Under the pieces are notes generated by a model that saw nothing but the letters and a program-made list of their open reading frames with translations, was not told where the DNA came from and did no database searches. Made by a program: the position numbers and the translations under genes. Positions 13,534 to 27,599 of a stretch of 64,000 nt of DNA are shown here, piece after piece (the stretch's first letter is position 1; the number at the start of each line of letters is the position of its first letter). This DNA is from Eledone cirrhosa (lineage: Eukaryota): positions 4,650,001-4,714,000 of the forward strand of contig OZ024747.1 in assembly GCA_964016885.1 (NCBI GenBank), read 5' to 3'.

Positions 13534-13754
13534 TATATGTACAACATTTAGTACAGCATCAGCGAAGCCATGGTTGCAGCCAAGCTAACGAATGCAGTCG
13601 GGGTGTGCAGCTAAGCACTCAGATAGGGTCTATAGCCCTAGAGTTATAACATTACGTTTAGACAGCGACCGATAGAAGGGCCTCAGTGACCTTAGCCACG
13701 AAAAAGACTGAACTCAGGAAAAATTTGACTAACCTGGAGCGTCACATCAACATC

Positions 13755-14472
13755 ATACATAACACATAATACATATAATATATACCATATAACATACATT
13801 ACATATAATACATATAATATATACCATATAACATACATAACACATAATACATATAATATATACCATATAACATACATTACATATAATACATATAATATAT
13901 ACCATATAACATACATAACACATAATACATATAATATATACCATATAACATACATTACATATAATACATATAATATATACCATATAACATACATTACATA
14001 TAATACATATAATATATACCATATAACATACATAACACATAATACATATAATATATACCATATAACATACATAACACATAATACATATAATATATACCAT
14101 ATAACATACATAACACATAATACATATAATATATACCATATAACATACATAACACATAATACATATAATATATACCATATAACATACATAACACATAATA
14201 CATATAATATATACCATATAACATACATAACACATAATACATATAATATATACCATATAACATACATTACATATAATACATATAATATATACCATATAAC
14301 ATACATAACACATAATACATATAATATATACCATATAACATACATTACATATAATACATATAATATATACCATATAACATACATTACATATAATACATAT
14401 AATATATACCATATAACATACATTACATATAATACATATAATATATACCATATAACATACATTACATATAAT
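13755..14472. repeat. 39-bp AT-rich minisatellite x~18
   Basis: Unit ataatacatataatatataccatataacatacaWWacaY; 13-aa periodic ORFs. Confidence 0.95.
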
Positions 14473-14701
14473 CCACAATATCTCCGCTAGGTTTCTGTAA
14501 ATCCGAAATCAACAAAATCCACTTGCAGGGGTCTGCATGTTAATGGTTTGTGAAGATAGAACAATGGAGTTTTACTTCATCAATAATTATATATATATAT
14601 ATAATTATATATATAATTATATATATAATTATATATATAATTATATATATATATATATAATTATATGTATCCCTATATATATATATATAATTACATGTAT
14701 A

Positions 14702-14738
<37 letters not shown>

Positions 14739-14806
14739 AAAAAAGATGAAATCGAAAATGCAACTGGAGTCCTATTTAAAAAAATATATATATATTTATT
14801 TGGTTC

Positions 14807-14842
14807 CTTTACCGGTTTCGCAGTTCTTCTGCTTTTCAAAAG
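14807..14842 (-). ncRNA. Minimal type I HHR, U3-A8 core variant
   Basis: CUU UUGAAAA GCAG-aagaa-CUGC GAAA CCGG UA AAG; palindromic stem III ACCGGU. Confidence 0.6.
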
Positions 14843-14915
14843 TAGAGTTGAGATGGAGGGTCTGTGGTTTTTCTCACATCTGTCAGAAAACCACAGTCCC
14901 TACATCTCAACTCTA

Positions 14916-14951
14916 CTTTTGAAAAGCAGAAGAACTGCGAAACCAGTAAAG
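14916..14951 (+). ncRNA. Minimal type I HHR, U3-A8 core variant (stem III mutated to ACCAGU)
   Basis: CUU UUGAAAA GCAG-aagaa-CUGC GAAA CCAG UA AAG. Confidence 0.5.
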
Positions 14952-15087
14952 GAACCAAATAAATACATATATTTAAAATAAAATAAGACTCCAGTTGCAT
15001 TTTCGATTTCATCTTTTTTTCTTTATACTTTCCCTCGTGTAGGACACCTCGGTTATTTTTCATTTTGTAAAAAAAACCTCACTTTCT

Positions 15088-15146
<59 letters not shown>

Positions 15147-15149
<3 letters not shown>

Positions 15150-15246
15150 AATGACGTAATTCCGTCGGAAAAGTCCAGGAAAAAAGAGTGCTCTAAGAAA
15201 CCACTGGTAAATGAAATAATTGCCTTATGTTGTTTATTACATAACT
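15147..15246 (-). mobile_element. Family D short (TA)n-embedded tail element
   Basis: Both ends match 61322-61454 (gaatga.gtaattccgtc.gaaaagtc.aggaaaaaagagtgctcta and aaataattgccttatgttgtttattacataa). Confidence 0.6.
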
Positions 15247-15284
15247 ATATATATATACATATAATTATATATGTATATACATAT

Positions 15285-15408
15285 ATTTCGTTTCTGAATT
15301 TGTTTAGCAAGATTCTTTATCTGAAATCGTGTGTTGAAACCGATATTGTTATACTTTGGGTGCGTGTGTTTCTTATTGGCAACATGACCCTCCCAAAGTA
15401 TAACAATA
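15285..15408 (-). mobile_element. Short (TA)n-embedded element with 18-bp inverted tail
   Basis: atattgttatactttggg ... cccaaagtataacaatat; atgaccctccc is also present at ~27620. Confidence 0.5.
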
Positions 15409-15645
15409 TATACATATAATTATATATATATATAATTATATGTATACCTATATATATAATTATATATATACATATATATATAATTATATATATATATATA
15501 TAATTATATGTATACCTATATATATATATATATATATACATAATTATATGTATATATATATATATATACATAATTATATGTATACATACATATATATATA
15601 TATAATTATATGTATATATATATATATATATAGATAATTATATGT

Positions 15646-15692
<47 letters not shown>

Positions 15693-15729
15693 ATTATATG
15701 TATATATATATATATACATAATTATATGT

Positions 15730-15760
<31 letters not shown>

Positions 15761-15761
15761 A

Positions 15762-15828
<67 letters not shown>

Positions 15829-16107
15829 TATGTATACATATATATATATATATATATAGATAATTATATGTATACATATATATATATATAATTATATATA
15901 TATATATATATATATATAATTATATGTATACATATATATATATATATATATAGATAATTATATGTATACATATATATATATATATATAGATAATTATATG
16001 TATACATATATATATATATAATTATATGTATATATATATATATATAATTATATGTATATATATATATATATGTATATTTAATTATATGTATATATATATT
16101 TATATGT

Positions 16108-16192
<85 letters not shown>

Positions 16193-16469
16193 ATTATATG
16201 TGTGTATAGAAAGATGCATTGGTGTATTTTATTCCCCATCCTACCAATTGCCAGTAATGTACATATGCTGTAGTGTACTTGTCAGTAATAATGACTTTAG
16301 TCATAAAAGAGAGGAGAAATTAGACTTGAGTTATGCATAAGATAACCAGTAGAATATATTATATTACTTTCTTTTCACTAGACACAAGATCATTGACAAC
16401 ACTAAGGCCAGGAGTGGGCTTGTATTATGAAACTAGTAGTTTATAGTATGTTATCAGTAGCTTCTCACA

Positions 16470-17490
16470 TCTGTTCAGTGGCTCATAACATCTGGTCAGT
16501 GGTTCATAACCTTAGTCCACTGGCTCATAACATCTGACCAGTGGTTCATAACCTTAGTCCACTGGCTCATAACATCTGACCAGTGGTTCATAACCTTAGT
16601 CCACTGGCTCATAACATCTGACCAGTGGTTCATAACTTTAGTCCACTGGCTCATAACATCTGACCAGTGGTTCATAACCTTAGTCCACTGGCTCATAACA
16701 TCTGACCAGTAGTTCATAACCTTAGTCCACTGGCTCATAACATCTGACCAGTAGTTCATAACCTTAGTCCACTGGCTCATAACATCTGACCAGTAGTTCA
16801 TAACCTTAGTCCACTGGCTCATAACATCTGACCAGTGGTTCATAACCTTAGTCCACTGGCTCATAACATCTGACCAGTGGTTCGTAACCTTAGTCCACTG
16901 GCTCATAACATCTGACCAGTGGTTCATAAACTTAGTCGACTGGCTCATAACATCTGACAGTAGTTCTTAACATCTGTATACTGACTCATAACATGTAACC
17001 AGTGGTTCTTTACATCTGTCCAGTGGGTCATAATAACTAATCAGTGGTTCATAATTTTGATCTGTGGTTCATAACATCTATCCAGTGGCTCATAACAAGT
17101 GACCAATGGTCCATAACATCTGTCCAGTTGGTCATAACATGTGACCAATGGTCCATAACATCTGTCCAGTGGGTCATAACATGTGACCAATGGTCCATAA
17201 CATCTAATCAGTGGTTCATGATATCTGATCAGTGGTTAATAATATTTGATCTGTGGTTCATAACATTTAACCAGTGGGTCATAACATCTGTCCTGTAGCT
17301 CATAATATGTAATCAATGATTCTTGATATCTGTCCAGTGGTTTCTAACATGTAACAAGTGGCTCAAAATATGTACCTAGTATTATGTATTATATCAAAAG
17401 TTGTTTTATCATGTGAGCAATAGTTCAAAACATTTACCCGGTACTTTCTATCATGTGATCACTGGTTCATAATATGTGTTCAGTGGCTGG
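16470..17490. repeat. 42-bp minisatellite (dimer of 21-mers) grading into degenerate 21-bp units
   Basis: ccagtggttcataaccttagt-ccactggctcataacatctga x~11 (16495-16955), with degenerate cagtggYtcataacatYtg units beyond. Confidence 0.95.
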
Positions 17491-17584
17491 TATCATATCA
17501 CCAGTTGTGACAAGGAAAATATTTAGTAATCACAACTATCAGTTTAACTTTCAGGTGACTATGACGTTTATCTCGTTTGCTTAC

Positions 17585-17659
17585 CTGACAGGTAGGTGGT
17601 CAAGTAGCTGGTCAGTCAGTTTCCTGGAGTCAATGTTGCAAATAGTTTCATTTGCATCA
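17585..17659 (-). CDS. Candidate internal exon of unidentified host gene (DANETICNIDSRKLTDQLLDHLPV)
   Basis: gttcag| acceptor and cag|gtaagc donor; 75 nt, open, phase 2-2; sequence not repeated in the window. Confidence 0.4.
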
Positions 17660-18408
17660 CTGAACATCCAAACTGTTGATCCCTTTTCAACTCATGTAGT
17701 ATAACAATAGTCTCCATGTACATCAGAATAGCAACCATAGTGTTATGCTGTAAATGTGGTTGATGTTAGGGTGTCTAACTGTAGAAACTGCACCAGAAAC
17801 AGTCTGTATGAGCAAGACATGGTCATCTGATCTGATTAGTCTCATAATGGAACAACTTGTCTAATTCATGCATGGACAGATGCATGGAAACAGTGATGAT
17901 AATGATGATGATGATAGATACAGCATACTGCTTGGTCTGGTAATAAACCAAGGATCTTACAACCATGGATCCAACACCCTAGCTACTAGACCATATATTT
18001 TCACATTTCTATATGTGGGAGAATCACTTACTTTTAAACATATATCAAAACCAAAACTGGTTTTAATTTTTTTCCCTGAGTTTTTTTTGTTGTTGTTATT
18101 TTCATATTTTTGTATAAGTTCCTTGGGAAGTAATGTTTCCCAAGCCATCATAAACATTTCTTGACCTTCAAAATCTCATCTTCTAGATGAAGGGGTTAGT
18201 GTTGATATGTGTGGCTGCTATCTTACAGGATGTGACGAAGATAATTTGAAAGTTTGACTGTTAATGTTTTAATTCGTCAGTGTGAAAGCTTGGTGCAAAA
18301 ATAACAAAAGGTACAAAAATAACAAAAGGTACAAAAATATATATTACAAAGCACACACACACACACATATATACACACGACCTTTAATCTGGTAAACTTT
18401 TTTATACT

Positions 18409-18443
<35 letters not shown>

Positions 18444-18899
18444 TATTGTGTTGTTTATTATGTAATTAAATATATATATATACATAGATATATGTATATA
18501 TACACACACACATATATATGTACATATATGCACACACATATACACATTAACACATTTCCAGTGAATTGGTAGAGTTTTTTTTTGTATTCACTGACCGTTT
18601 CATCGATTGTATAGTTAACAACTTCAGCAATCAAAGAGCTGTTGATTGGGGTGGGGGTGCAAGAGCTCAGTTCACTGACAAAGTCACAGATTCCTGCTGT
18701 TCAAATACAAAATAAACAACTTGAAATATGATTTATTCATTGAAACACAATTACGATAATTGGATATAGACAGTAAATTTCAGTTGAGAATAGAGACCAG
18801 TGGAATAGCTCGAAGCTAATCACTAGCAATTGTTACTACCTACAACATAGTTTATTTACTTGCTTGTCTTTATTTTGTTTTTTTGTCTTGTATGCTGTT

Positions 18900-19400
18900 G
18901 TTGTTGTTTAGCTCTAGGTCAAACCTGATTGAACAGACCTATCAATGATATTCCAACCATGACAATCTCATCTTTTTTTCCCCAGTCAAAGTTCACCCAG
19001 AACTATATTATCTAATGTGCTATTTTGTTTAAGACATTATGCAGTGTAATTTGAGGGAGATCTCATTGTTATTTCTAGCATGTTGACTAGCTGCATAGAG
19101 GTTCTTTTTTGTTTCGCCCCAGGTCAGCCCTGACTGAACAAACCTAAAGACATTCAAGCAGTGACAATTCTGTCTTTCTGTCAGGCACAATACACCATGG
19201 AATACATTATACAATGTAATCTTTTATTTCTAAAATGGTACAGAATATAATTTGAGAGAGATTTGGCTGCTATTTCTTACAGGTTAACAAACCATGAAAA
19301 GTTTCTCTCATTGGCTGGTCTAATATTTGTTTGTTTTGTTGTTGTTGTTTAGCCTCAAGTCAGCTGAGATTGAGCAGGTATATGGTCAAAACCCTTGCAG
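18900..19400. mobile_element. Cluster of decayed interspersed-repeat copies (gttgtttagc.c.aggtca.cc.tga.tgaaca; gagatttggctgctatttct)
   Basis: Three related segments here; the motif also appears at 18205, 48735 and inverted at ~3010. Confidence 0.55.
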
Positions 19401-19424
19401 CCCTAACTATTAGGGTGTTTAAAG

Positions 19425-19880
19425 AATATGTGTCAACATTATCTAACGTATATAAGATGGTAGAATGCCAATCTTGGGTAATGACCAAAAGAATAGAATC
19501 GTGAATACAAGCAGCCAAAATGAGGTTCTTCTGAAGAGTCTTTGGAGTAACATTACTCAATAGGATGTGTAGCTTGGAGATGAGAGAATCACTCCAGGTA
19601 GAGCCGTTACTTCTCTGAATTGAGAGATTACAGCTCTGATATTATGGACATGTCGTTAGACACTGGACAGAATCGCTGGACAGATTTTATGGGCAAAAAC
19701 TGACCAGCAGGAGATCCAGGAGTAAACCCTGAGCAAGTTGGTTGGATAACATTCATGATTTTGGCTGGTCTCACTTTGGGGTCCAGCTGGATCAATTGGA
19801 GATGTTTGCTTCTGACAGGACCAGCTGGGGGGGGGGGGGGACTCTGCTTCTACAACCTTCCCAGGAATAAGTAGGTGAAG
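19425..19880 (+). pseudogene. Decayed RTE-clade LINE 3' fragment
   Basis: SWVMTKRIES*IQAAKMRFF*RVFGVTLLNRMCSLEMRESLQVEPLLL*IERLQL*YYGHVVR, matching RTE C-terminal motifs. Confidence 0.8.
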
Positions 19881-20991
19881 AAGAAGGGAGTCATTGTAAG
19901 GAAGTTTAACTGCTAATTCTAGCATACTAAGGTACTATATAGAGGCTGCTTCTTTGCTGGCTCATTTCTAATCACTTTCATCCTTCCACAGTTGATAATT
20001 GAAGGTAATCAATCCATCATGTGGGCCCACATTTGCTTATAATAGTGAGAGATGGGGAGAGCAATAGAGATGGAGGAAGTGACAGTGGGAGTTTGGTTCC
20101 AGTATCTTCAGACCTGATATATTTATTTGACACTAGTTGAGTCGATGTTTAAAATATATTGCTTCCCTTACATAGTAGTGATGACACACAGTGAAGCAAA
20201 GAATTAATACAAGAATACTCTGACTATGGACAAGGATTCACTCAGCTCTGATTCAACTTCTAAATATCAAATTCTTCCTTACATCACAAATGATGTGACA
20301 AAAAGTTTCTCAAGGTCCAACAGAATGTATTACAGAATGATGGCAGAGTTTATCAGATTCATTTATTGTAACAAATTCTTAAATTTGTTAGAAATTTCCT
20401 CTTCTCTTATACACAAGTTCCTTGCATATATAATCACATTTGTCTTTCTTATTCAATAAGTGTTCAATAATATGATTTATATGAAAGACCAACACCTTGT
20501 GATTTAATGTCTCTTTGACAACACTTTCATGCTCAAGTATATTTGCGCCAGCTATATAACAGATGCCAGATCAATTTCATGTTAAAAATTGATCTAAATA
20601 TGCTATTTTTCATCCTAAATACTCAATAGCATATGCATAGTTTTCAGTAATCAATTGAACATTAATATGTAATTAACACACCGTTTCAACCTTTCATTGA
20701 TTGTGAAGATTCAATCATTGTCAAAGTATTGCCTCAATGTTGCTGTGATACTGTCTGTTGCTGCTACTGCTGTGATGCTGTCTGCTGCTGTTGCTGCTGA
20801 TGGTCACTCTAACTGGACAACACTATTAATTGACAGTTTAAGAGCAATGGACAGAATACTTTATGGTATTCATGCCAACTATTTATATTCTGATTTCAAA
20901 TCCCAATGTCGTCAATTTGGTTTCTATTCTTTCAGGGAGATAATAAATAAAGAATCATTCTGTGCTGGGGTCAGTTCTTTCCCCCTACTTT

Positions 20992-21034
<43 letters not shown>

Positions 21035-21156
21035 CTGTCTCTCTGTCTCTCTCTCTCTCTGTCACATCTATCTCTCTATGTCTCTATCAGGCTCAATTCT
21101 CTCTCTCTCTCTCTCGCTCTCTCAGCCTCTGTCTCTCTGTCTCTCTCTTTCTCTGC

Positions 21157-21187
<31 letters not shown>

Positions 21188-21209
21188 TCTCTCACTCTCT
21201 CTCTCTCCC

Positions 21210-21255
<46 letters not shown>

Positions 21256-21604
21256 AGACAATACCTCCTCCTCTCTCTCTCTCTCAGTCACATCCATGCT
21301 GAATACCCCCCCCCCTCTCAAATGCTAAATACATGCTGTACTGTATGTTATAATGTCACCCTTACAACTCCGTCAGGAATCACAAACCTAATAAATAAAT
21401 AAATAGTTATGTCCTCTAAATCTCGGTGGACTTATCTATCATAATCAACTAGACATTGTATCTAGGTATAAAGATTTCATTAACATTAAACTAAATCAAA
21501 GTAGATTTCATTGTCAAACATATTACACTGCTGTAGCCGTGTCATCATTGTGGCATGTAGGATTGATATTTTATTAAGTCCATCTTGTTATTAAATTGTT
21601 TTTT

Positions 21605-21810
21605 AAGGTGGTAGGTTGGCAGAATTGTTAGAGTGTTGGACAAATACTTAGAATATAAAGAGTTGAAACAAATACTGCTGAGATCAACTTTGACTTTCAT
21701 CATTCCAAGGTTGATAAAATAAAGTATCAGTTATGTACTGGGGTAAATTTAAATGATTTTGACTTGTTCCAAAATGTCTTCCTTTGTACCTGTGTTGTGA
21801 ATTATTATTA
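21605..21810 (+). mobile_element. Decayed tRNA-SINE (same family as 6655)
   Basis: ggtaggttggcagaattgttagag...gagatcaactttgactttcatc...ttgataaaataaagtatcag. Confidence 0.65.
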
Positions 21811-22462
21811 GATTAAAGTAGCATCGTTTAACCCTTTAGAATTTAAACCAGCCATATCTGGCCAGAATTCTCTCACCTCTTTCTGTTCAAACTGGCCATA
21901 ACCAGCTGCTCATACTGATGTTAAGGTATTGTTCTCAAAATAAATAATATCAAAGTCTTGTAGATCTGATTTTATGTGAGATAAAGTATTTACTGTGAAA
22001 ATACAATAGTATATAGAGTAATGTGAATGCCAAGGGGTTAATATGAAGCTCTGTAAGATATGTAACAATTGTGAGAACTTGAGAAAGCCACTACATCATC
22101 ATCATTTTAACATCCATTTTCCCTGCGAGCAAGGGTTGGACAGGCAAAGGGGTAAATCAACAACTGAAGTAGGCTAGTGCAGGGTTTGAACTCAGAATGT
22201 AAAGATCCAGAACAAATACCACAAGGTAATTTATCTGATGTTCTAACAATTCCACCAATTCACCATCGTGAAATGATACTTTATTTTATCAAACTCCGAA
22301 AGGATGAAAGCAATAGTTTACATAAGTTGGATTTGAACTCGAAGTACAGAGACTCAAAACAAATACTGCAAGGTATTTTGTTTTACACTCTAGAAATTGT
22401 ACCAATTCCTTACCAAAGAAATGTGTGAGATGAGGTTTATATTAGACTATATCAAACAGCAT

Positions 22463-22832
22463 GTTTATAATATGGCTGTTGTCGTTATTGTAGTTATGTG
22501 TGGTTTATATTAGAGTACCTTACCCTGTTTATAATGTGGCTGTTGTCATTATTGTAGTTATGTGTGGTTTATATTAGAGTACCTTACCCTGTTTATAATA
22601 TGGCTGTTGTCGTTATTGTAGTTATGTGTGGTTTATATTAGAGTACCTTACCCTGTTTATAATGTGGCTTGTGTCATTATTGTAGTTATGTGTGGTTTAT
22701 ATTAGAGTACCTTACTCTGTTTATAATATGGCTGTTGTCGTTATTGTAGTTATGTGTGGTTTATATTAGAGTACCTTACTCTGTTTATAATGTGGCTGTT
22801 GTCGTTATTGTAGTTATGTGTGGTTTATATTA
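22463..22832. repeat. 64-bp minisatellite x~5.8
   Basis: Period measured 22463 to 22527. Confidence 0.95.
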
Positions 22833-22949
22833 AAGTGTCTCAAGCATCATATTTATAACTTGACTGTTGTAGTTATTGAATATATAGTTTATAACAAAGT
22901 GAGAAAATATTATAACAAAATGATGAGATATCAAATTATTATCAAAACA

Positions 22950-22984
<35 letters not shown>

Positions 22985-23474
22985 TAAATATAAATATATG
23001 TATGTATATATTTTTTTATATATATATAACATGATAAACGTTTTGTTACTGGTTCAGGTTTTAATGCTCGGCAATATAGACAGAAAATCTGACAGAGATA
23101 GGTAGATATTTAATAATTTTTATCTTTCTATAGAGTTAAGCATTAAAAGCTAAGCCATTAACAGTACATCTATCAAGTTAAGTGCTAAACAGCCAAAGTA
23201 TACAATAAAGCTATATCTGTAAATACACAGAATAGATGTAACTGTGACTGCATAAATATGTGTATAGATTCACATTTATATTGTCTCACTGATATGTTTT
23301 GATATTATTTTGATATCTTATTATTTTATTATAATATTTTCTCACATGGCTTTAAAAATATATAATAACAACAACAGCAACAGCAATGCTGTATGTAAGA
23401 CTGCTATATACAATGCACCCTCATATATGTTTTTAAAAGATAGCATATATATATATATATATATATACGTATAT

Positions 23475-23600
23475 AATGGTTTCTGATTTAGGCACAATGC
23501 CAACAATTTTAGAGGAGGGGAAATGTGATTAAATCGACCCCAATGAATTACTGGTACTTTATTTTATCGATCCTGTAAGGATGAAAAGTAAAGTTGCTTC
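23475..23600 (-). mobile_element. tRNA-SINE 3' part
   Basis: ggcacaa..cca.caatttt...atcgacccc...ctggtactttattttatcga. Confidence 0.75.
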
Positions 23601-26019
23601 ATGGTTGAGTGGTCAGTGACTAAACCAGCTCCCCCACTAGACTCTAATGTGGTCAGGCCTTTGCCTGCTACTGGTACCATGTAACCCACTACAATCTGCT
23701 TCAAGGTCGAGTGGTCAGCAACTAAACCAGCTTCCCCCCACTAGATCTTGGTATGGTCAGGTCAGGCTTCTGCCTGCTACTAGTCCCATGTCACCCAATA
23801 CAACCTGGGGCTACAAACCCTTCCATGGTGGATGGTAGATCACTATGAGATTTTATCTCGGAATATAATGAGCTGGAAGATATACAAGACTTCTCATCTG
23901 ATCTGCTAACAAACTCATCAGTGTACCATCCTCGAGTACTTTACATGTACTTGTGGTGGCCTTGGGTTGACCCGGTGCCATTAAAGGAATTCATGGTGTA
24001 GGTTCATTTCAATGAAGTTTCTTCAGATGATTTGTTTCACAAGTGGTGACCACTTTAGGATAGTGCAATCCAAGCATTGCATCAGTTATAGTGCTGAGCT
24101 CTAGCTTTCACACCTGATCCAATTTGGTGGGGCCAGTGCCACGATGGGGGCACATGAAGGGGGGGGGGGTTGCCAGCAGTGGTGATAAAGACAACCTATT
24201 TGAGCCATTTTGTACACCAGCAGGATCTCACCCTACTGCTCAGCTCAGGCATACCAACCCTACACACCTCCATCCTAGTGTGATAATATATTTATCAACT
24301 CTGAAATAATAAAGGGCAATGTTGGCCCTCACTGGTATTTAGGCTGTGAACATAAAGAGCTGGAATAAATATCAGCAGTTATAGGGCTGCATTTGGATCA
24401 ATCCAGTTGGAAATATTCCTTCACTATAAATAGATAAGACCTTGTCGTAATGTAAGAAAATCAATATTTATAGTCGTAAAAACTGAACAGGAATATTCAG
24501 TGAACTCTGTATTTCAATAAAAGAGTGTAAATGATTGAACTATTATCACCACCATTGGCACCACCACAACCATCACCATCATCACTCTCATTCAACTATC
24601 GACTACTTGCTTTGGCCCTAATGATGAATATGTCACATTATCTCATTCTATCACCAGTGTTTGATTTTTGCCTGCATTCAACTTTAAAATCCACATATTT
24701 TCCTGTGTATCTATATACTGATACGCTATCATTAGATCTGGTAAGCTCTAGGAAAACCTTTGGGTTCCAAGAAGATCAAACCATGTTTATTGTTGCTACT
24801 ATCCTGGCTAAAAATCAGAATAAAGTAAAGTTTGTTCTTAAATTATGCCTGCAACTGTTACCATGTTACCATGAAACCCAGTACCACTTGTTTCATGGTT
24901 GAGTGGTTGGTAACTAAACTGGCTCCTCTCACCAGACCCTGGTCTGGTGGGGAGGGTTAGTGCAATCACAGCAGCACAAACAAACAAGAACTGTTTAAAG
25001 GGTGAACACCTCAAAGTCAACAGTTATCCACTCCCAACTATGGGTTTAATAGCATCACCAACCTACAATTGATCAAGCATGGTAAGTACAGCTTCACCTC
25101 TGACATGACCAAAATCAAACAGAAAGCAGTGATAGTCAACCAAGGAGGTGTTCCTCCAACAGGGCTGAGAAGACTCTGGATTGGATTGGAAGCTAATGTT
25201 TATATCCCACATGACAGTGTTCCAGATGTGGGAGGCAAAGAACACCAGAGTTCTGTAAAAAAATAATATATATAGTGCCTTTTAATAGAATTTTGTGAAA
25301 ATTTATTAAATTTTTTATCTGAATATATTCTCTTTCTAGAACCATTTTTGTTTCTTTTAATATCTTATTAAAAGTAGGGTGGTGAGAACTATCCATAAAA
25401 TGTTGTTATAGGTTCTGAGATTTTTGGAAAATCTTATACAGAATCCATTACACAATAAATTAGGGAACACTATCCTACATCATTGTAGTTCTAATTTTAA
25501 CCAATTCAAATTTTAGTGTTGTCACCCCTTTTGCTTTGACCTTTCTGGCCCTCTCTGTCTCTCCTCATTTCGATTTTATTAAAAAAATGTATGGAGTAAG
25601 TGGGTCAACTAAACGAGGAAAAGAAACAGAGAACTAAAGAAAGTAACTGGAAACATAAGAGAATGTTTGATAAAAGAGCTGTGGCAATGAACCATTCTGT
25701 AGCTAAACCAACTGAGAAATGGTTTCGTTACATGACACATGACAAAAACTCCAGTGAAACACATCTGATACATGTGTTTTTACTGGCAACATGACCTTCA
25801 CAAATTAAAAGCAAAAGCTTATACTATATTATGGTTGTAATTTAATTTGTGAGTGTGTATTGAATTAGTAGTTAATATAATTATACAGTATTGAACACAC
25901 AATTACAAACGAGACATATTGGAATAAGAGAATTTGTTAAAACAAATATCCAACTTGTAGTGAAAGTGTAAGTAAGGAAACTCCTCCTAGATATGTATTT
26001 ACAGGAAGTTACACAGAAA

Positions 26020-26290
26020 CAAGAGGTCACGTGATAAGTTGGTATCTAAGGTCTAAAGTGGTACCTTGGGTCACGTGGTAAAGTGGTACATGAGGTCATA
26101 TAGTAAGGTAGTACATATGGTCACGTGGTAAGGTGGTAGATAAGTTCATGTGGTAATGTGGCACCGAAGGTCACGTGGTAAGGTGGTACATAAGGTCACG
26201 TGGTACCTAAGGTCACGTGATAAAGTGGTTCATAAGGTCTCGTGATGAGGTAGTACATAAGGTCACATGATCAGATGATACTATAAGTAA
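26020..26290. repeat. Degenerate ~21-25-bp repeat containing six GGTCACGTG E-boxes
   Basis: ggtcacgtg at ~26026, 26069, 26119, 26169, 26194 and 26211. Confidence 0.8.
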
Positions 26291-26554
26291 CAGGACACCA
26301 TGAATATATACAGTAATGTTCATTCATAATATATTTTACCAAGTGGCTGAGAATTTATTTATGGATCTCTGAAGTATTTTGACTTTTTATTTGTAAATTG
26401 ATCTCTTTTGTCCCTAGGAACATAGGAGCCCTTCCAATTGTCCAGCAGAGCAATAAAGGAGCCCTTCAAGTGGAGTTTTAATTCAATATACTAAATCAAG
26501 TAACTCCTTTATTCCCATAATCTACCTTTAGTGTCAGCCCAACAACCCTAGTAA

Positions 26555-26995
26555 TAATGGTTTAGGCACAAGGCCAGCAGTGTTGGGGGGTGGGGGGAGT
26601 CGATTAAATTGCCCCCAGTGTATTATTGGTACTTTATTTTACCAAACCCATTAGGATGAAAGGTAAAGCCAATCTCAGCGAAATTTGAACTGAGAATGCA
26701 AAGGGCCATAACTCTATGTCACGAAGCATGGTGTCTGGCGCTCTACCGATTCTGCCAATCTACCGCCCTAATGGTTTCTGATTTAGATAGAAGGCCAGCA
26801 ATTTGTGGGGGAAGGGAAAGTTGATTATATTGCCCCCAGTACTTTACTGAAGGATGAAAGTTGTTCTTGTGATTTGAACTTAGAATCTAAATGGATGTAA
26901 CTCTATGCCACAAAGCATTTTATGTGATGCTCCACTGATTCTGCTAATCTGCCACCCTCTACAACCTTAATAAAAATGGTTTCTAATTTAGGCAC
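26555..26995 (-). mobile_element. Tandem tRNA-SINE copies
   Basis: Two near full-length copies plus the start of a third, same family as 6655. Confidence 0.8.
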
Positions 26996-27536
26996 ATTTA
27001 TCTTTAAAAAAGGAAGGACACATTAGATAATGTAGTCCTAGGTACATTTGTTTGAAAATAAAATAAGAGGTAGTCTGGGATGGTGGGGGTGAAGCAAGAA
27101 TGCCGGAAGTCTCTACTGCCACAGGCTCAACCACAAACTTATCAGAGAGCGGCCGATACTTTGTCACAAATCAATATCGAATTCGCAACCTTATGATTAG
27201 CTTCAAAGCCAACTTCTCAACAAAAACATTTCTAAATATTGTTACAGCAGATATGAATTAAGGCAACTAGAGTAACGTCCCTTACACTGTTTTACGCAGA
27301 TGAAATACAAATGCTATCGCGTTGGTGATGAAATATTTTTACGTGTACTAGCATGACGGAATGGTTTGGAAGTTCACTTCTCAAGTATGTGCTCTTGGGC
27401 AAGTTTCTTCTATCACATCCTCGGGTCTATGGATGCATTTTACATTAAATTTGGTATATCGAAACAGTGCGAAAATCCAACATGCACACACTCACACATA
27501 CATACATATATGTTTATAGGTGATCTTCGTTCACTG

Positions 27537-27596
<60 letters not shown>

Positions 27597-27599
<3 letters not shown>

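Larger units (their letters stand above)
14735..15089 (+). mobile_element. Family B (TA)n-embedded element with ~140-bp inverted arms, each carrying a minimal HHR
   Basis: Left arm 14735-14875 is the reverse complement of 14885-15027. The right arm continues to ...ctcactttct. Second copy at 41097-41462. Confidence 0.8.

Noticed and set aside
14735-15089. Classification of the palindromic elements as MITEs
   Set aside because: Arms are asymmetric and meet centrally, contain HHR motifs, and one family is attached to a Penelope GIY-YIG ORF. TSDs cannot be assessed within (TA)n.
20697-21302. 201-aa ORF with a signal-peptide-like Ala/Val stretch
   Set aside because: The hydrophobic part comes from a degenerate (GCT)n tract and the C-terminus from (CT)n; non-ATG start.
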